Assembly: GCA_042562495.1 (NCBI GenBank)
Contig: JBHPMC010000003.1
Coordinates: 20,752-84,751 of the forward strand
Origin: Candidatus Margulisiibacteriota bacterium
GTDB lineage: Bacteria; Margulisbacteria; Termititenacia; CAZZFK01
Direction: 5' to 3'
DNA: 64,000 nucleotides
In this document: one piece after another, positions 34,401-44,100 of the stretch
Layout: the number at the start of each line of letters is the position of its first letter
Position numbering within the stretch: the first letter of the stretch is position 1
Translations under genes and position numbers: made by a program
Notes under the pieces: model-generated
What the model was told of the DNA's origin: nothing
The model's database searches: none
Seen by the model: the letters and a program-made list of their open reading frames with translations, nothing else

Positions 34401-37049
34401 TATAACTACGACTGGATCACATCACTTATTGCAGATCCGGCTATGAGAAATACTACCAATGTTACTTTGTGGGCCTCGGTATCAACATCATATGGAGTTA
34501 CATATGATGCTTATGTCAGTGGAATAACCATTGATAATGAAATGCCGACCGCAACGGTTACTCTGCCAATAAATGTTTATATCAGTGGTTTAACAACATT
34601 TGGAGGAACTGCGACCGATAATCTATCCGGAGTAGCGGTCGTAGAAGTTAATATTGTAAATAATAATCCTGCCAACACTTTCGACATTACAGTTGTGGCT
34701 ACAGGGACAGAAAACTGGACCTATCAATTCTTAGTGCCAACAGTGGATCCGGATGGTACTAGATATTCAGTGTCAGCAAGAGCAAGGGATAATGCTGGCA
34801 ACTGGGGAAGTTGGTCTGCATTTCGTGAACACTATAAAGATACTAGTTCGCCAACCGTGAATATTTACTATCCACCGGATGGCAGTTTTGTACACAGGAC
34901 CATAATCGTAACAGGGGATGCTCAGGGGCTATCTGATATTACTCTGGTCGAATTCAGTACAGATGGAGGATTTGCTTATAGTGTTGCGACCGGGACGGCT
35001 AACTGGAGTTTTAGCTGGACCGTTCCGGGTTATGCTGATGGAACTCCGATGTTCTTGGTGGCCAGAGCATATGCCGGGAATTCACCGAACGTGCGAGTGG
35101 GTCTTTCGAGTATGTTCACAGTATATGCAGATGATACATCGCCGAATTCAACGATCACGAGCCTGGTCAGTGGTGATATTGTAGCTAGCACTGTAAATGT
35201 CTGGGGTACTGCTGATGATGGATTCGGTTCAGGCATCGCCTATGTAGATATCTCTTTCGATGGTGGAGCCACATGGGCTTCGGCAAATGGCACAACAAAT
35301 TGGTATTACAACGGTTGGGTGCCTAATCCGGCAGCATCTCCTTATAATATTATGACTCGAGCTGTCGATCTTTCTTTGACCACTCCCAATATGGAAACTC
35401 CTAATGTAGGTATAACCGTTTATCATGATTACGCAGCGTTACCGGCGATCAGTATTGTTGATCCACCCGATGGCAGTTTTGTGAATAATATTATGAGCGT
35501 AACTGGGCTAGCTTCTGCAGGCGGTACGGCTAATATTACTTGGGTGCAGATCGATTTTGGCGATGGGAATGGCTGGGTCACTGCCAGCGGAACAAGCACC
35601 TGGAATTATAATTGGCTGGTCCCAACGGCTGATCCGCACGGCACAACCTATTCGGTTACTCTGCAGGCCATGAACAGCAAAGGCATTCTTGGGCAGCCAT
35701 CTCCTTCGGTAACTTATATTTATACAAAAGATATTTATCCGCCGGCTGTATCGATCATTACTCCGGGCAATAATAGTATTGTCTCCGGGATAGTACCTAT
35801 AGATCTGGCGATCACTGTTTCTCAAGCTGCTTTAGTATCAAGCAGTGTCGGTTTGCTGATCGATGGTAATTATGTTACCGCATCATTTTTATCGGTCAGC
35901 AATAATGTTACTTTCTGGCGTTACAATTGGGATTCAACTGCTGCCGGCGGTGGTTTACATACTTTGGTAGGTATAGCCTGGGATACAGCAGGCAATGTAG
36001 GCTATTCCACTACCGTGTCGGTCGGTTCAACCGGAGCATTTAGGACCACGATCCCTGTGCCAGCCGGAAATATAATTAACGGGAGTATATTCCAGCCGAC
36101 ACCGAACGCAACCAGTTCCAATGTTATCTATTTCAGCAATCTTAATACTTATAGTGTTAATGTTGTCTTGAACGGAACAATTATATCTACGGTTTGGAGC
36201 GGTACCGATATAGTTGTTACTCTATCGGCAACTGAGCAAGATAATGTCGTAAATTTCTTGATCACTGATCCTGCCACTGGGCAAACTTCCGCGAACTCTG
36301 TCGTTGTTTGTTACGATGTAACACCGCCAACGGTCAATGCCTGGTTCGGCGGGGTCAATCGTTTGATACAGGGATCGATAATCGCTCCCAATGTGCCATT
36401 TAATCTAAATGTTATCGATAATATTTCACCGACCGGATCTGGGTTTGGCCTGGTGCCGACGTATGATGTGTTTGCCGGCATACAAGGTCCAGGCACAATG
36501 TTGATCAGTTTATATCCGGCAGGCACGACTGTAGATTCGACGAGTACTAATAGAGCTTATGTTTATAATGTAGGTACAGAAGTTCTGGCAACTACACTTA
36601 TTAATGTTCCTGCAGGTTTATACGATCTGTATGTAAAAGTAGTTGATAATGCCGGTAATATTTCTAGTACTTTCAATGTGCTGGGGCTTTCAATTCAGGC
36701 AGGTGCGAACGGGACTTCAGGTAAGATCGATGAAAATAGGAATATCCTGCCGTATCCAAATCCTTGGGATCCATTTGATACAACAAATATTCAATTCACA
36801 TACTTTTTAACTGACGGAATACTCAGTGCCAAGGTCTATATATACAACGAAGTAGCAGACCTGGTGCAGATAATAGAAAGAAATCAGGGTGAAGAAGGGA
36901 CCTATCCGGGATATAACGCTGTGGCCTGGAATGGTGAAGATATTAATTATCGTGTGTTAGCCAATGGCGTCTATTTATACGTCATTGTCACAAAAGGGGA
37001 TGCCGCTCAGAGTAAAGTGACCGGTAAATTTGTGGTATTGAGAAGGTAA
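31455..37049 (+). CDS. Large (1864 aa) secreted surface protein: CARDB-like and Ig-like (Big-type) arrays plus C-terminal FlgD-Ig/T9SS-CTD-like domain (cargo 3)
   Basis: TTG start with AAAGGGG upstream. Signal peptide MAKRIIKLFIFSLFIVFLGASGTCA. Five tandem ~85-aa Ig modules with the pattern P.DGSFV...I.V.G.A......V......G..W..A.GT.NW.Y.W.VP....G..Y.V...A.D.AGN. CTD at 36741..37046. Confidence 0.8.
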   Translation: MAKRIIKLFIFSLFIVFLGASGTCAFYNGSQVGDTPWAGIPAPGALWVSGNVSGWGNLYQRINDQPVAYTTTLKLIETFIPANVARGSTVTVSYVMENTGDDTILVNAASLSFFQGSINPVNNIGSEYTITPLTPIGFNLLPNTSTTFNFSVFIATNATTGSIVVDGVATGNANGSTIVDDIWQDITGAWNSAAITANSWNVWDGAIVTVTSVVVPPTRSISTTATFNVTVNILNTGGVSANLFVPSTNNLVFWQVSDISTDYSIVAPAAMVGGGLVLGPGASDTLVYQVVFSADNSPPITTGSIAVIASISGTGDILANNITGVGTGNFFVETAASLSVSAIDIVSPNGAQDFILSAGQSFVVSVNITNYGEAGITGPAQVQLAVPAGYTLISPAIQSFMAGGDVTWSVTATNTFLSLDVITVNMNTIPLDVNNLTTVPVNPALVTAGLTIEKPAQLENQTLAISSQNFLAAEPQVPPIVITLNVQNVGSADAILTPTASDLVFTVSSNPWSGYTVTIPSSSIFIAGNGDTKDVVYWLTLTGTQMGWGTLNATVWGIDQNSNVPTESYWPTGTWPGAAVTFYVTGNTAIVNGQVYTDRNPIGYLQPFQAFVPITNSSTDITANVTPSDNDLIIWLTAFPGVDLTVSFNVLAASTTQFQLFPGQSTVITYNIIPSADAIDGIYSIGARSGAPAATNNANGQSVADASGGIPTTDVRYDTISPNVIAVSTNVQTPVGPTNNFILIARFDEEMLPSSTPVVSVQCAGATPNIVGGTWSTIVSQNDTYTFNPTTILAGNEGWVTISFTGGGQDLAGNYQATSNWTFYIDATAPTCAVTINAGEAVTTNSLVTLTIEGGDDITTPGALQMMIYGDVSGNPGITVNQFIPYQQTVTINLDTIIGTKNIYVVMRDEAGNISVTANDDIFLDYAGAYFVSPSMGEAIGATYNLKVNSSAFSQEIYYYYIDSSGNTTNFYVDTSPGPPYPYNYDWITSLIADPAMRNTTNVTLWASVSTSYGVTYDAYVSGITIDNEMPTATVTLPINVYISGLTTFGGTATDNLSGVAVVEVNIVNNNPANTFDITVVATGTENWTYQFLVPTVDPDGTRYSVSARARDNAGNWGSWSAFREHYKDTSSPTVNIYYPPDGSFVHRTIIVTGDAQGLSDITLVEFSTDGGFAYSVATGTANWSFSWTVPGYADGTPMFLVARAYAGNSPNVRVGLSSMFTVYADDTSPNSTITSLVSGDIVASTVNVWGTADDGFGSGIAYVDISFDGGATWASANGTTNWYYNGWVPNPAASPYNIMTRAVDLSLTTPNMETPNVGITVYHDYAALPAISIVDPPDGSFVNNIMSVTGLASAGGTANITWVQIDFGDGNGWVTASGTSTWNYNWLVPTADPHGTTYSVTLQAMNSKGILGQPSPSVTYIYTKDIYPPAVSIITPGNNSIVSGIVPIDLAITVSQAALVSSSVGLLIDGNYVTASFLSVSNNVTFWRYNWDSTAAGGGLHTLVGIAWDTAGNVGYSTTVSVGSTGAFRTTIPVPAGNIINGSIFQPTPNATSSNVIYFSNLNTYSVNVVLNGTIISTVWSGTDIVVTLSATEQDNVVNFLITDPATGQTSANSVVVCYDVTPPTVNAWFGGVNRLIQGSIIAPNVPFNLNVIDNISPTGSGFGLVPTYDVFAGIQGPGTMLISLYPAGTTVDSTSTNRAYVYNVGTEVLATTLINVPAGLYDLYVKVVDNAGNISSTFNVLGLSIQAGANGTSGKIDENRNILPYPNPWDPFDTTNIQFTYFLTDGILSAKVYIYNEVADLVQIIERNQGEEGTYPGYNAVAWNGEDINYRVLANGVYLYVIVTKGDAAQSKVTGKFVVLRR
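36741..37046 (+). other. CTD copy 3
   Basis: NILPYPNPWDPFDTTNIQFTYFL...AKVYIYNEVADLV...GYNAVAWNGED...ANGVYLYVIVT...KVTGKFVVLRR*. Confidence 0.65.
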
Positions 37050-37056
37050 AGTAAAT

Positions 37057-38016
37057 ATGAAGAAGAGTTTAGCTATATTGCTAACTCTCCTCTTGTTTGT
37101 TCAACAAGGATGGGGGGCGCTAAAGATCACTGGGGATAGTTCACCAGCAGATATTTCCCGTGTGGGTATCGGCGCCAGACAATTAGCCATGGGCCGGGTA
37201 AGTGTGGGTACTGCAGATGATGCCGGCGGCTGGCTATTAAATCCGGCCGGCTTGGCGGGGATCCGGGCCCCGGAAGTGAATACCATGATGACCAAGCTTG
37301 TTGGGGAGTTTAATTATTATTTCCTTTCCTATGTACAGCCTGCCAAGCAGGATACCTTTGGTGTTAGTTTATTACATGAAAATCCCGGATCTATTCCTCG
37401 CGTAGATAGCTTGGATGTCAATGGTTATCCAGTTGATTCAGGAGATACGATAGCTGCTGGAAGCACTTTGTTATCTGTAGGTTACGGTCGAAAGTGGTCC
37501 AAGAACTTGTATCTGGGAGTGGCGGTCAAACATTTCGTGCAATATTTAGATAATGCACACGGCACCAGTACCGGAGCAGATGTTGGCTTGATCTGGGGCA
37601 CACCTATAAAAGATCTGTCGGTAGGCGCGACTGTGGTAAATGCAGCACAGCAAGGTATTCGCTGGGACACAACGGACAGTACTTTGTATAATCTGCCAAC
37701 ATATTTAAGAGTTGGGCTAGCCTGGGAAGTGCTCAATAAACGTTTGACCTTAGCTATCGATGATGAGATCGGTAATTTTAATCGTTTGAACTTGGGAGCA
37801 GAATACTGGTTCAATAAAAATTTCGCGCTCAGGATGGGGACCTACGGAGAGATCCTTACTTTAGGAGTTGGGCTGCGTCACGGATTTTTTGAATTAGATT
37901 ATGCGTATTCCTATGAGCAGGGGCCAATAACTCAAACAGCTTTTGTTTCGTTGACTTTTGGCAATGCTAGACAAAGTGAGCTGGAACAACCAGAGATATA
38001 TATATTGGAGGAATAA
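37057..38016 (+). CDS. FadL/PorV-like OM beta-barrel, barrel only (barrel 3)
   Basis: 319 aa. Signal peptide MKKSLAILLTLLLFVQQGWG. Hatch motif IGARQLAMGRVSVGTADDAGGWLLNPAGL. Terminal strand AFVSLTF followed by a short acidic tail. Lies 7 nt after the 1864-aa gene. Confidence 0.7.
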   Translation: MKKSLAILLTLLLFVQQGWGALKITGDSSPADISRVGIGARQLAMGRVSVGTADDAGGWLLNPAGLAGIRAPEVNTMMTKLVGEFNYYFLSYVQPAKQDTFGVSLLHENPGSIPRVDSLDVNGYPVDSGDTIAAGSTLLSVGYGRKWSKNLYLGVAVKHFVQYLDNAHGTSTGADVGLIWGTPIKDLSVGATVVNAAQQGIRWDTTDSTLYNLPTYLRVGLAWEVLNKRLTLAIDDEIGNFNRLNLGAEYWFNKNFALRMGTYGEILTLGVGLRHGFFELDYAYSYEQGPITQTAFVSLTFGNARQSELEQPEIYILEE

Positions 38017-38017
38017 T

Positions 38018-40474
38018 ATGGGGGGAAAAATAATCAGGATTTTATGTATTGTTTTGCTGCTGTGTATCTTGCTTAGTGCCTTTTCTTTAGCGCAAAAAAC
38101 TTCTATTAAATATACCAATAGGGATGAGGTCTCTTTTCGCGGCACAGCGGATCCGGAGTCGGAAGTAAAAATATTTGTTAATGGGGAGGAATATACTACT
38201 GTCCAAACTGACGGTGCCGGGAATTGGATCGCCAGAGATGTGCCAATGGATAGTAAGCTCAAGGAGAATATGGTCTATGCCAAGGCATTTGATAATTCCG
38301 GTATGGAAAGCCCTTATTCCAGAAAGATCAAAATAATAGTAGATAAGATACCTCCTAAAGTCACGATAACTGTTGAGCCTAATAAAGTTAAAGGCGGAGA
38401 GCAGGTCCGCTTATCTTTAAAAGCAAATGAAGATGTGAAGAATGCTTCGGTCGCTGCTCCGGATAATAATATCCTGAACCTTTCTTATGATGCTACCAAG
38501 GCTACCTGGGAGGGAGTTTGGGATGTGCCGCTGCGTTTTACGACCGGAGTCTATCAATTCGTTGGTATGGCAACCGATCTGGCGGGAAATATCGGTAAGG
38601 GTAAATCAAATCCGGTGAACATCGATACAGGCGTAGGGCTATCGATAGTTTCGCCAGAGCCCTGGGCTTTAGTATATGAAGATAGAATAACTGTTCAAGG
38701 TATCGCTGAGAATTTACCTTTTGTTGAGCTGAACGATAAACAAGTAATGGTACGTCCGGATAATACTTTTGCCGGCGAGGTTGCTCTGCCCAAGCCCGGG
38801 CACAATATCATTGCTGTGGTCGGCCGTGATGCAGCTAGTGAGGTAAAACGAATAGAGCAGACCATAGTTAAATTAATAACTTTTCCGGATATTCAGACCC
38901 ATTGGGCAAAAAAGGAAATAGAGTTCCTGGCGACATTAGGCTATGTAGAAGCAGGCAATGAAGATGGCTTGTTTCTGCCTGATCAGCCGATCCGGCGTTC
39001 GGAGATGGCCTCGGTAGTAATCAGAGCTAAGAATTATCCGGTCGGTTCTTTTACTAAATCTACGTTCCGGGATATTATGGAGAATCACTGGGCTATGAAT
39101 TATATTGAGACCGGTTATCAGTACGGCATCTTAAAGGGCTATCCCGATCATGAGTTCCATCCCAATACTTATTTAAACAGAGCAGAAGGCGCTACGGTCA
39201 TCACCCGTATGGCAGATTTTCCGTTGCTAACACCAAAACAACCGCCGGCCTTGGATGTTCCTTCAGATCATTGGGCAGCTAAATATATTTATACTTTCCA
39301 GCGTAATGGATTGATACCTCCGCCTTGGAAAGGGAAGAGCAGGTTTTATCCAAAAGTACCCATGAGCCGAGCAGAGTTCGTGGCCGCCCTGGCGCGGACA
39401 CCCCAGGTGAATAGAGCGATAGCACACTTGATCAACCGCAATCCTGAATTTGAAGTAGTAGTTGATGAATATGGTAAGCAGCGGATCGTAAAACAAGGTG
39501 ATGTGGCTTTGCAGCAGGGAAAAATGTATAAAAGTATCGTTGAAGGAGTGGCAGACGAAGAAGGTTCTGCTAATAAACATTTTGTCCAAGTAAAAGTATC
39601 TCCGCAAGAAGTAAGGCCCGGCACAAGTGTGCATATCTCAGTGGCCAGCTGGAGAAAATTAACTTCAGTTATCGCTGTTGCTCCCAACGAAGAAGTGATC
39701 GCTTTAAAATATAACAAGAACATCGATCGGTTTGAGGGTTATTGGAAAGTACCTAATGTAGATCATTTATACGGGAATTATGTAATGAAGGTAAAAGCGG
39801 TAGATTTCAAAGGAGAGGTCTATCGGGTAGATTCAAATAAGTTTGCGATCGTGGCGATCCCGCAGATGATGGTGCCTCAAGAGGCTAAGCCTGAAAAGAG
39901 CATGGCTATCGAGATCCCTGTGGAAGGTTCTTCGGAGATTGTATTTGCAGAATATGCAGAAACAGGTGCCAGCGGGAAGACCTTTGAGGGTATAGCCGAT
40001 GGTACAAAGACTGAAAGTGGTAGCGCATTACAACCAAGCAGTGTTCAGCGAACGGGGTTTGTCACCAGAGCGCAATTCGCTCAATTCTTAGTAGATATCG
40101 GCAAGGTCCCCACTGCTAAAAAAATCAAGTTCGTGGCCAAGGATGTGGGAATAGATCATCCGCAGGCTGCTGCGATCAATGCTTGTTTATTAAAAAATTA
40201 TATGAAATTGGATGCCCAGAAAAAATTTAATCCAAACGGAGCTGTCTCCAGGGCTTTTACAGCCGTAGCACTGACCAGGGCCAAGAACGTGGCTTTGCCC
40301 AGCAAATTGATCAAAGATCCTTTTAAGGATGTATCCAGGAAGTATTGGGCAGCTCCGCATATATATAAGGTAACCAAACTAGGCTGGATGAAACCTGTGA
40401 CAGCAACAATGTTCTATCCGAAAAATAATATCGATCAAAAAGAATTTGAGGCGATCAGAAAGAGGATCAAATAA
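38018..40474 (+). CDS. Secreted SLH-domain protein with Ig-like modules (S-layer/cell-wall-associated protein candidate)
   Basis: Start at MGGKIIRILCIVLLLCILLSAFSLAQ, with a GGAGG RBS and a 1-nt gap after barrel 3. The track start at 37958 is rejected. SLH repeats: FPDIQTHWAKKEIEFLATLGYVEAG...IRRSEMASVVIRA, FRDIMENHWAMNYIETGYQYGILKGYP...LNRAEGATVITRM, LDVPSDHWAAKYIYTFQRNGLI...MSRAEFVAALAR, plus C-terminal FKDVSRKYWAAPHIYKVTKLGWM. Confidence 0.75.
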   Translation: MGGKIIRILCIVLLLCILLSAFSLAQKTSIKYTNRDEVSFRGTADPESEVKIFVNGEEYTTVQTDGAGNWIARDVPMDSKLKENMVYAKAFDNSGMESPYSRKIKIIVDKIPPKVTITVEPNKVKGGEQVRLSLKANEDVKNASVAAPDNNILNLSYDATKATWEGVWDVPLRFTTGVYQFVGMATDLAGNIGKGKSNPVNIDTGVGLSIVSPEPWALVYEDRITVQGIAENLPFVELNDKQVMVRPDNTFAGEVALPKPGHNIIAVVGRDAASEVKRIEQTIVKLITFPDIQTHWAKKEIEFLATLGYVEAGNEDGLFLPDQPIRRSEMASVVIRAKNYPVGSFTKSTFRDIMENHWAMNYIETGYQYGILKGYPDHEFHPNTYLNRAEGATVITRMADFPLLTPKQPPALDVPSDHWAAKYIYTFQRNGLIPPPWKGKSRFYPKVPMSRAEFVAALARTPQVNRAIAHLINRNPEFEVVVDEYGKQRIVKQGDVALQQGKMYKSIVEGVADEEGSANKHFVQVKVSPQEVRPGTSVHISVASWRKLTSVIAVAPNEEVIALKYNKNIDRFEGYWKVPNVDHLYGNYVMKVKAVDFKGEVYRVDSNKFAIVAIPQMMVPQEAKPEKSMAIEIPVEGSSEIVFAEYAETGASGKTFEGIADGTKTESGSALQPSSVQRTGFVTRAQFAQFLVDIGKVPTAKKIKFVAKDVGIDHPQAAAINACLLKNYMKLDAQKKFNPNGAVSRAFTAVALTRAKNVALPSKLIKDPFKDVSRKYWAAPHIYKVTKLGWMKPVTATMFYPKNNIDQKEFEAIRKRIK

Positions 40475-41163
40475 TGAAAAGAAAAATAATATTCATTCTG
40501 GCCATATTGTTCTGTTATATATTTGCGATAGAAACATTTGCTGCGCCAGTTGCGAGTAATCCTCGTTTTGATGGCCGAGCTACGATCGGCGATGATCCAA
40601 TAGCACCTTTGCCCTTGATCACAGTACAGGTCACGGGAGTAAATGTCAGTTTTGATGCGTTTGTGCTCTGGATCGATGGTGCCCAAGTAAGTACCAGTAA
40701 TCCGTATAATTATACTTATGACGGAACTGATTTTAGTTTACAAGTTAGCAGCCGATTAAATAATGGCTGGCACACCTTTACTTTGCGTGCACGTGATGAT
40801 GGCGGGCTGATGATACCTGATTATACTTTTAACGGCTTTGTTGCTGCTCAAGCCCAGGGTATTATCGGAGAGCCTTTAGCAATCCCTAATCCAGCCACAG
40901 ATAATATGCGGATCACTTATAAATTGACCGGAAGCGGTGATGTAGATATCCGGATCTATAATTTGAACAGTGAATTGGTCTGGGAGCAGGAGCTAAGTGC
41001 AGGGCAGACCGGAGCTCAGGTCGGTTATAACGAAGTGGTTTGGGACCTGCGTTCAGGTTTTGGCGAGGAGTGTCCGAATGGCGCATATCTTTGTGTTATT
41101 TTAAAAGAAGAGGATGAAAGCCCTGTGGCTATGGAGAAAGTAAAGCTGTTCATCTTGAGATAA
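40474..41163 (+). CDS. Small (229 aa) secreted protein: one Ig-like domain plus CTD (cargo 4, minimal cargo)
   Basis: TAATG overlap with the upstream gene. Signal peptide MKRKIIFILAILFCYIFAIETFA. CTD at 40867..41160. Confidence 0.7.
   Translation: MKRKIIFILAILFCYIFAIETFAAPVASNPRFDGRATIGDDPIAPLPLITVQVTGVNVSFDAFVLWIDGAQVSTSNPYNYTYDGTDFSLQVSSRLNNGWHTFTLRARDDGGLMIPDYTFNGFVAAQAQGIIGEPLAIPNPATDNMRITYKLTGSGDVDIRIYNLNSELVWEQELSAGQTGAQVGYNEVVWDLRSGFGEECPNGAYLCVILKEEDESPVAMEKVKLFILR
40867..41160 (+). other. CTD copy 4
   Basis: GEPLAIPNPATDNMRITYKL...VDIRIYNLNSELVW...GYNEVVWDLRS...PNGAYLCVILK...EKVKLFILR*. Confidence 0.6.
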
Positions 41164-41181
41164 AGTATTTGGGGGGCGCAA

Positions 41182-44100
41182 TTGTATAAGAAACTTTTAG
41201 TTTTATTATTAATATTATTAGCGACATCAGCCTCTGCTGCTGATGAACGTATCCTGGCCGATGATACAGGATACTTGGGAACAAGTGCCAAGACCTTGGG
41301 GATGGGCCGAGCATTTGTCGCGGTCGCAGATGATGTGAACGCCGTTTTTTATAATCCAGCCGGACTAGGCCAAGTGGATCGTTTTCAGTTAATGACAATG
41401 TCAGAGACATCTTTGCTTATGGGCGAGATGCAGTATTCAACCGCAGCCTTGGCAATTCCGATCGGCCTGGGCACCTTAGGTTTTGGTGTGATATCCAAAC
41501 GTTTCGATGGCATACCCTTATTATCTGCTGATGAAGTGGATGGTAATGGGCGTCCTGATGCAAGCTTAGTTGATTACGGAAACTATGAGGATAATACGAC
41601 ACTAATAGCCTATGGGCTGGATTTAGGCACCGTATCACAATTCAAATTCTTCCGTAATCTTTCACTAGGTTTTACTATCAAAATGTACAGCAAGATCGGT
41701 CGCGGGGAGAACGATCTGCTCGATGATGCGATCGCCCAAGGTTATGATCTGGACCTTGGTTTGCGTAGTAATTTAACAGAAGATTTTTCTTTGGGTTTTA
41801 ATCTGCGTAACGCCATGACCTATCGAGATCGCTATGGCGCCGGGGCATTACGTTGGCAGACCGGAGAGCGAGAATCGATCATGGGTATCTACACTTTTGG
41901 CGGTGCTTTCAAAATGTATGAAGATCAATTGATATTGGCAGCAGATGTTGATGTATTTGAGCGCAATGCTAAGCCATCCTTGGGTCATTTCGGTCTGCAA
42001 TGGGCCGTGGGAGAGCATATGTTCATCAGGACAGGTTGGGACCAGCTGCCGTTACCCGCTACAAATAAGAGTGCCGAACGAGTGGCAAATATCATGCCGG
42101 CCGGTATTGGCTTGGAATATCTTGGATTTGCGATCGATTATGCATATTATCCCGCACATAATATAGAAGGAACTGCTACTCACTTCCTTTCATTATCTTT
42201 CCTTGGTCTTCCGGATACTAAAACGGATGAAGAAGAGGAGGAGGTAACACCATCGGTACCAACGCTAGTGAGCTTTGATAAATTGCCAAAACAAATGATC
42301 GTTTATAAAGAGAGCTTGATCATAGAAGGTAAGGCCCAGGGCTACGAGAAAATGACGATCGGCGGACAGGAAATTGATATAAAAGAAGAAAGCTTTAGCA
42401 CTAAAGTGCCATTAAAAATAGGTGTAAATGAAATCGTAATTTCAGCAAAGGATAGGGAGATCAAAAGAAAAGTACTGCGGTTGCCTACAGTGAGCGAGGG
42501 GAAAGAGCAGGCTTTAGTAAATAATCTGGAATATATATTGATCCAACCGAATTTTGCATCTTTTTATAAACCACATGACAAGCTTACCAGAAGACAAATG
42601 GCAGATTGGATAGCCAGGGGGAAAGGCATGAAAATGCCGGAAGAACTAAAGGGTATCTTTACGGAGATGGATCTGCTGGCCCTAAAAGGTTATATGGATG
42701 AAAGTGCCGATGGCATGTTCAATCCTGATGAGCTGATGACCAGAGGTAAATTTGCCCTGGCTTTAGCTTATTTGGAAGGCAGACAGGATGCCTTTATAGG
42801 TATTCCTATCGAGAATAGACAAGATTATGCTGTGGAACTATTGGAAAGTACTGGGCAATTCAAAAGCACAGATTTTCTGCCCATGGATGAAGTGATCAAC
42901 CTGCACGATGCCTCAAAGCTGATGGGCAGGACCAGTATGATCGATCTCAAGATCAAGAACTTGACCAGTGGATTCGTAGTGCCGCGCGCTATTTTAACAC
43001 CACAAGTATTGATCCCGGGAGAAATGCTGAAAGTACAGGTGCTGGTACCAATGGATGTTGCTGTTAAAAAGCTTGGCGTCCGTGTTGAAAAGAATAAGCG
43101 CATAAGAATAAAAAAGATATCCGATCGTTTGTTCGAAGGAGAATGGAAGATACCTGCCGGACGCAAGGCTGGATATTATCCGCTGGTAGTATTGATCGAG
43201 GATGTTTTTGGTAACAAAGTAACAGTAAAAGATTATTATGAGATACGTAAGACAACAACAAGTGAGCCGGCGGCGGTCAGTAGAGGTGTGGCTAGGGCTG
43301 GTGTTCTGATAAATGTTGGTCCCAGGCCGCTTTTGCCGGGAAAGAAGATGAATATCAAAGTTGGATTAACTGGTGGGCAGACCGCAGATAAAGTGATCTT
43401 GGAATTAAAGAACGGTAAGCAGCTCGAATTGCAGGTCAATGATAGTGGTCTGTGGGAGGGCACACATGCTTGGTCTAGAAGGGAAGCTCATGGTTCACAG
43501 CTCGGCAAATTCTATATACATCGTTATGCCAAAGAACCTGTGATCAAGGAATATGTATTTACTTTAGGGCGTGGACCACAGACTTTGTCTGCAGCAGTGG
43601 TCGTGCCTGAAGTTAGTGCCAAGGCCGAGGCGCCTAAGCCGGCGCTGTTGTCCAGCATATCGGGTATACATGTTTTGACCAAGATAAAAGCACAATATGT
43701 AGAAGCGCAGACCTATATATATGCAGCTTCAGGATTTACCGAAGGTGCAGAGAAGATCCAAAGCGTTACGGTAGTTCTGCCGACCAATAAACAAGTTGCT
43801 TTAAAAAAGAGCTCAACTAACCTTTGGCAGGGAGAAGTTATCCTGCCAGCCAAACTCAAAGATCTGCAAGAAGCCAAGTTCTTTATAAAAGATATTTCGG
43901 GCAGGACCATGGTCCAGGATAAAGCTTTTGTGATCCAGCAGGGCGGTTCTCAGCAAAAGATCACACTAACGATCCCGGTCTCAGCGCCTGCCGTACAGCC
44001 TTTGGCAAAAGTTAAAGTGCCAATAGTACCTGTTGTTCCAGTAATAAAACCGGCTGTTAAAGCTGCGCCGGTAAAAGCAGCTAGTGTGCCGGTCGTTAAA

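Noticed and set aside
37958-38017. Long N-terminal extensions implied by track starts (37958, 12609, 51701, 4132, 6744, 31166).
   Set aside because: Each extension overlaps a neighbouring gene or precedes an internal ATG that has a good RBS and a proper signal peptide or family N-terminus. The internal starts are preferred.
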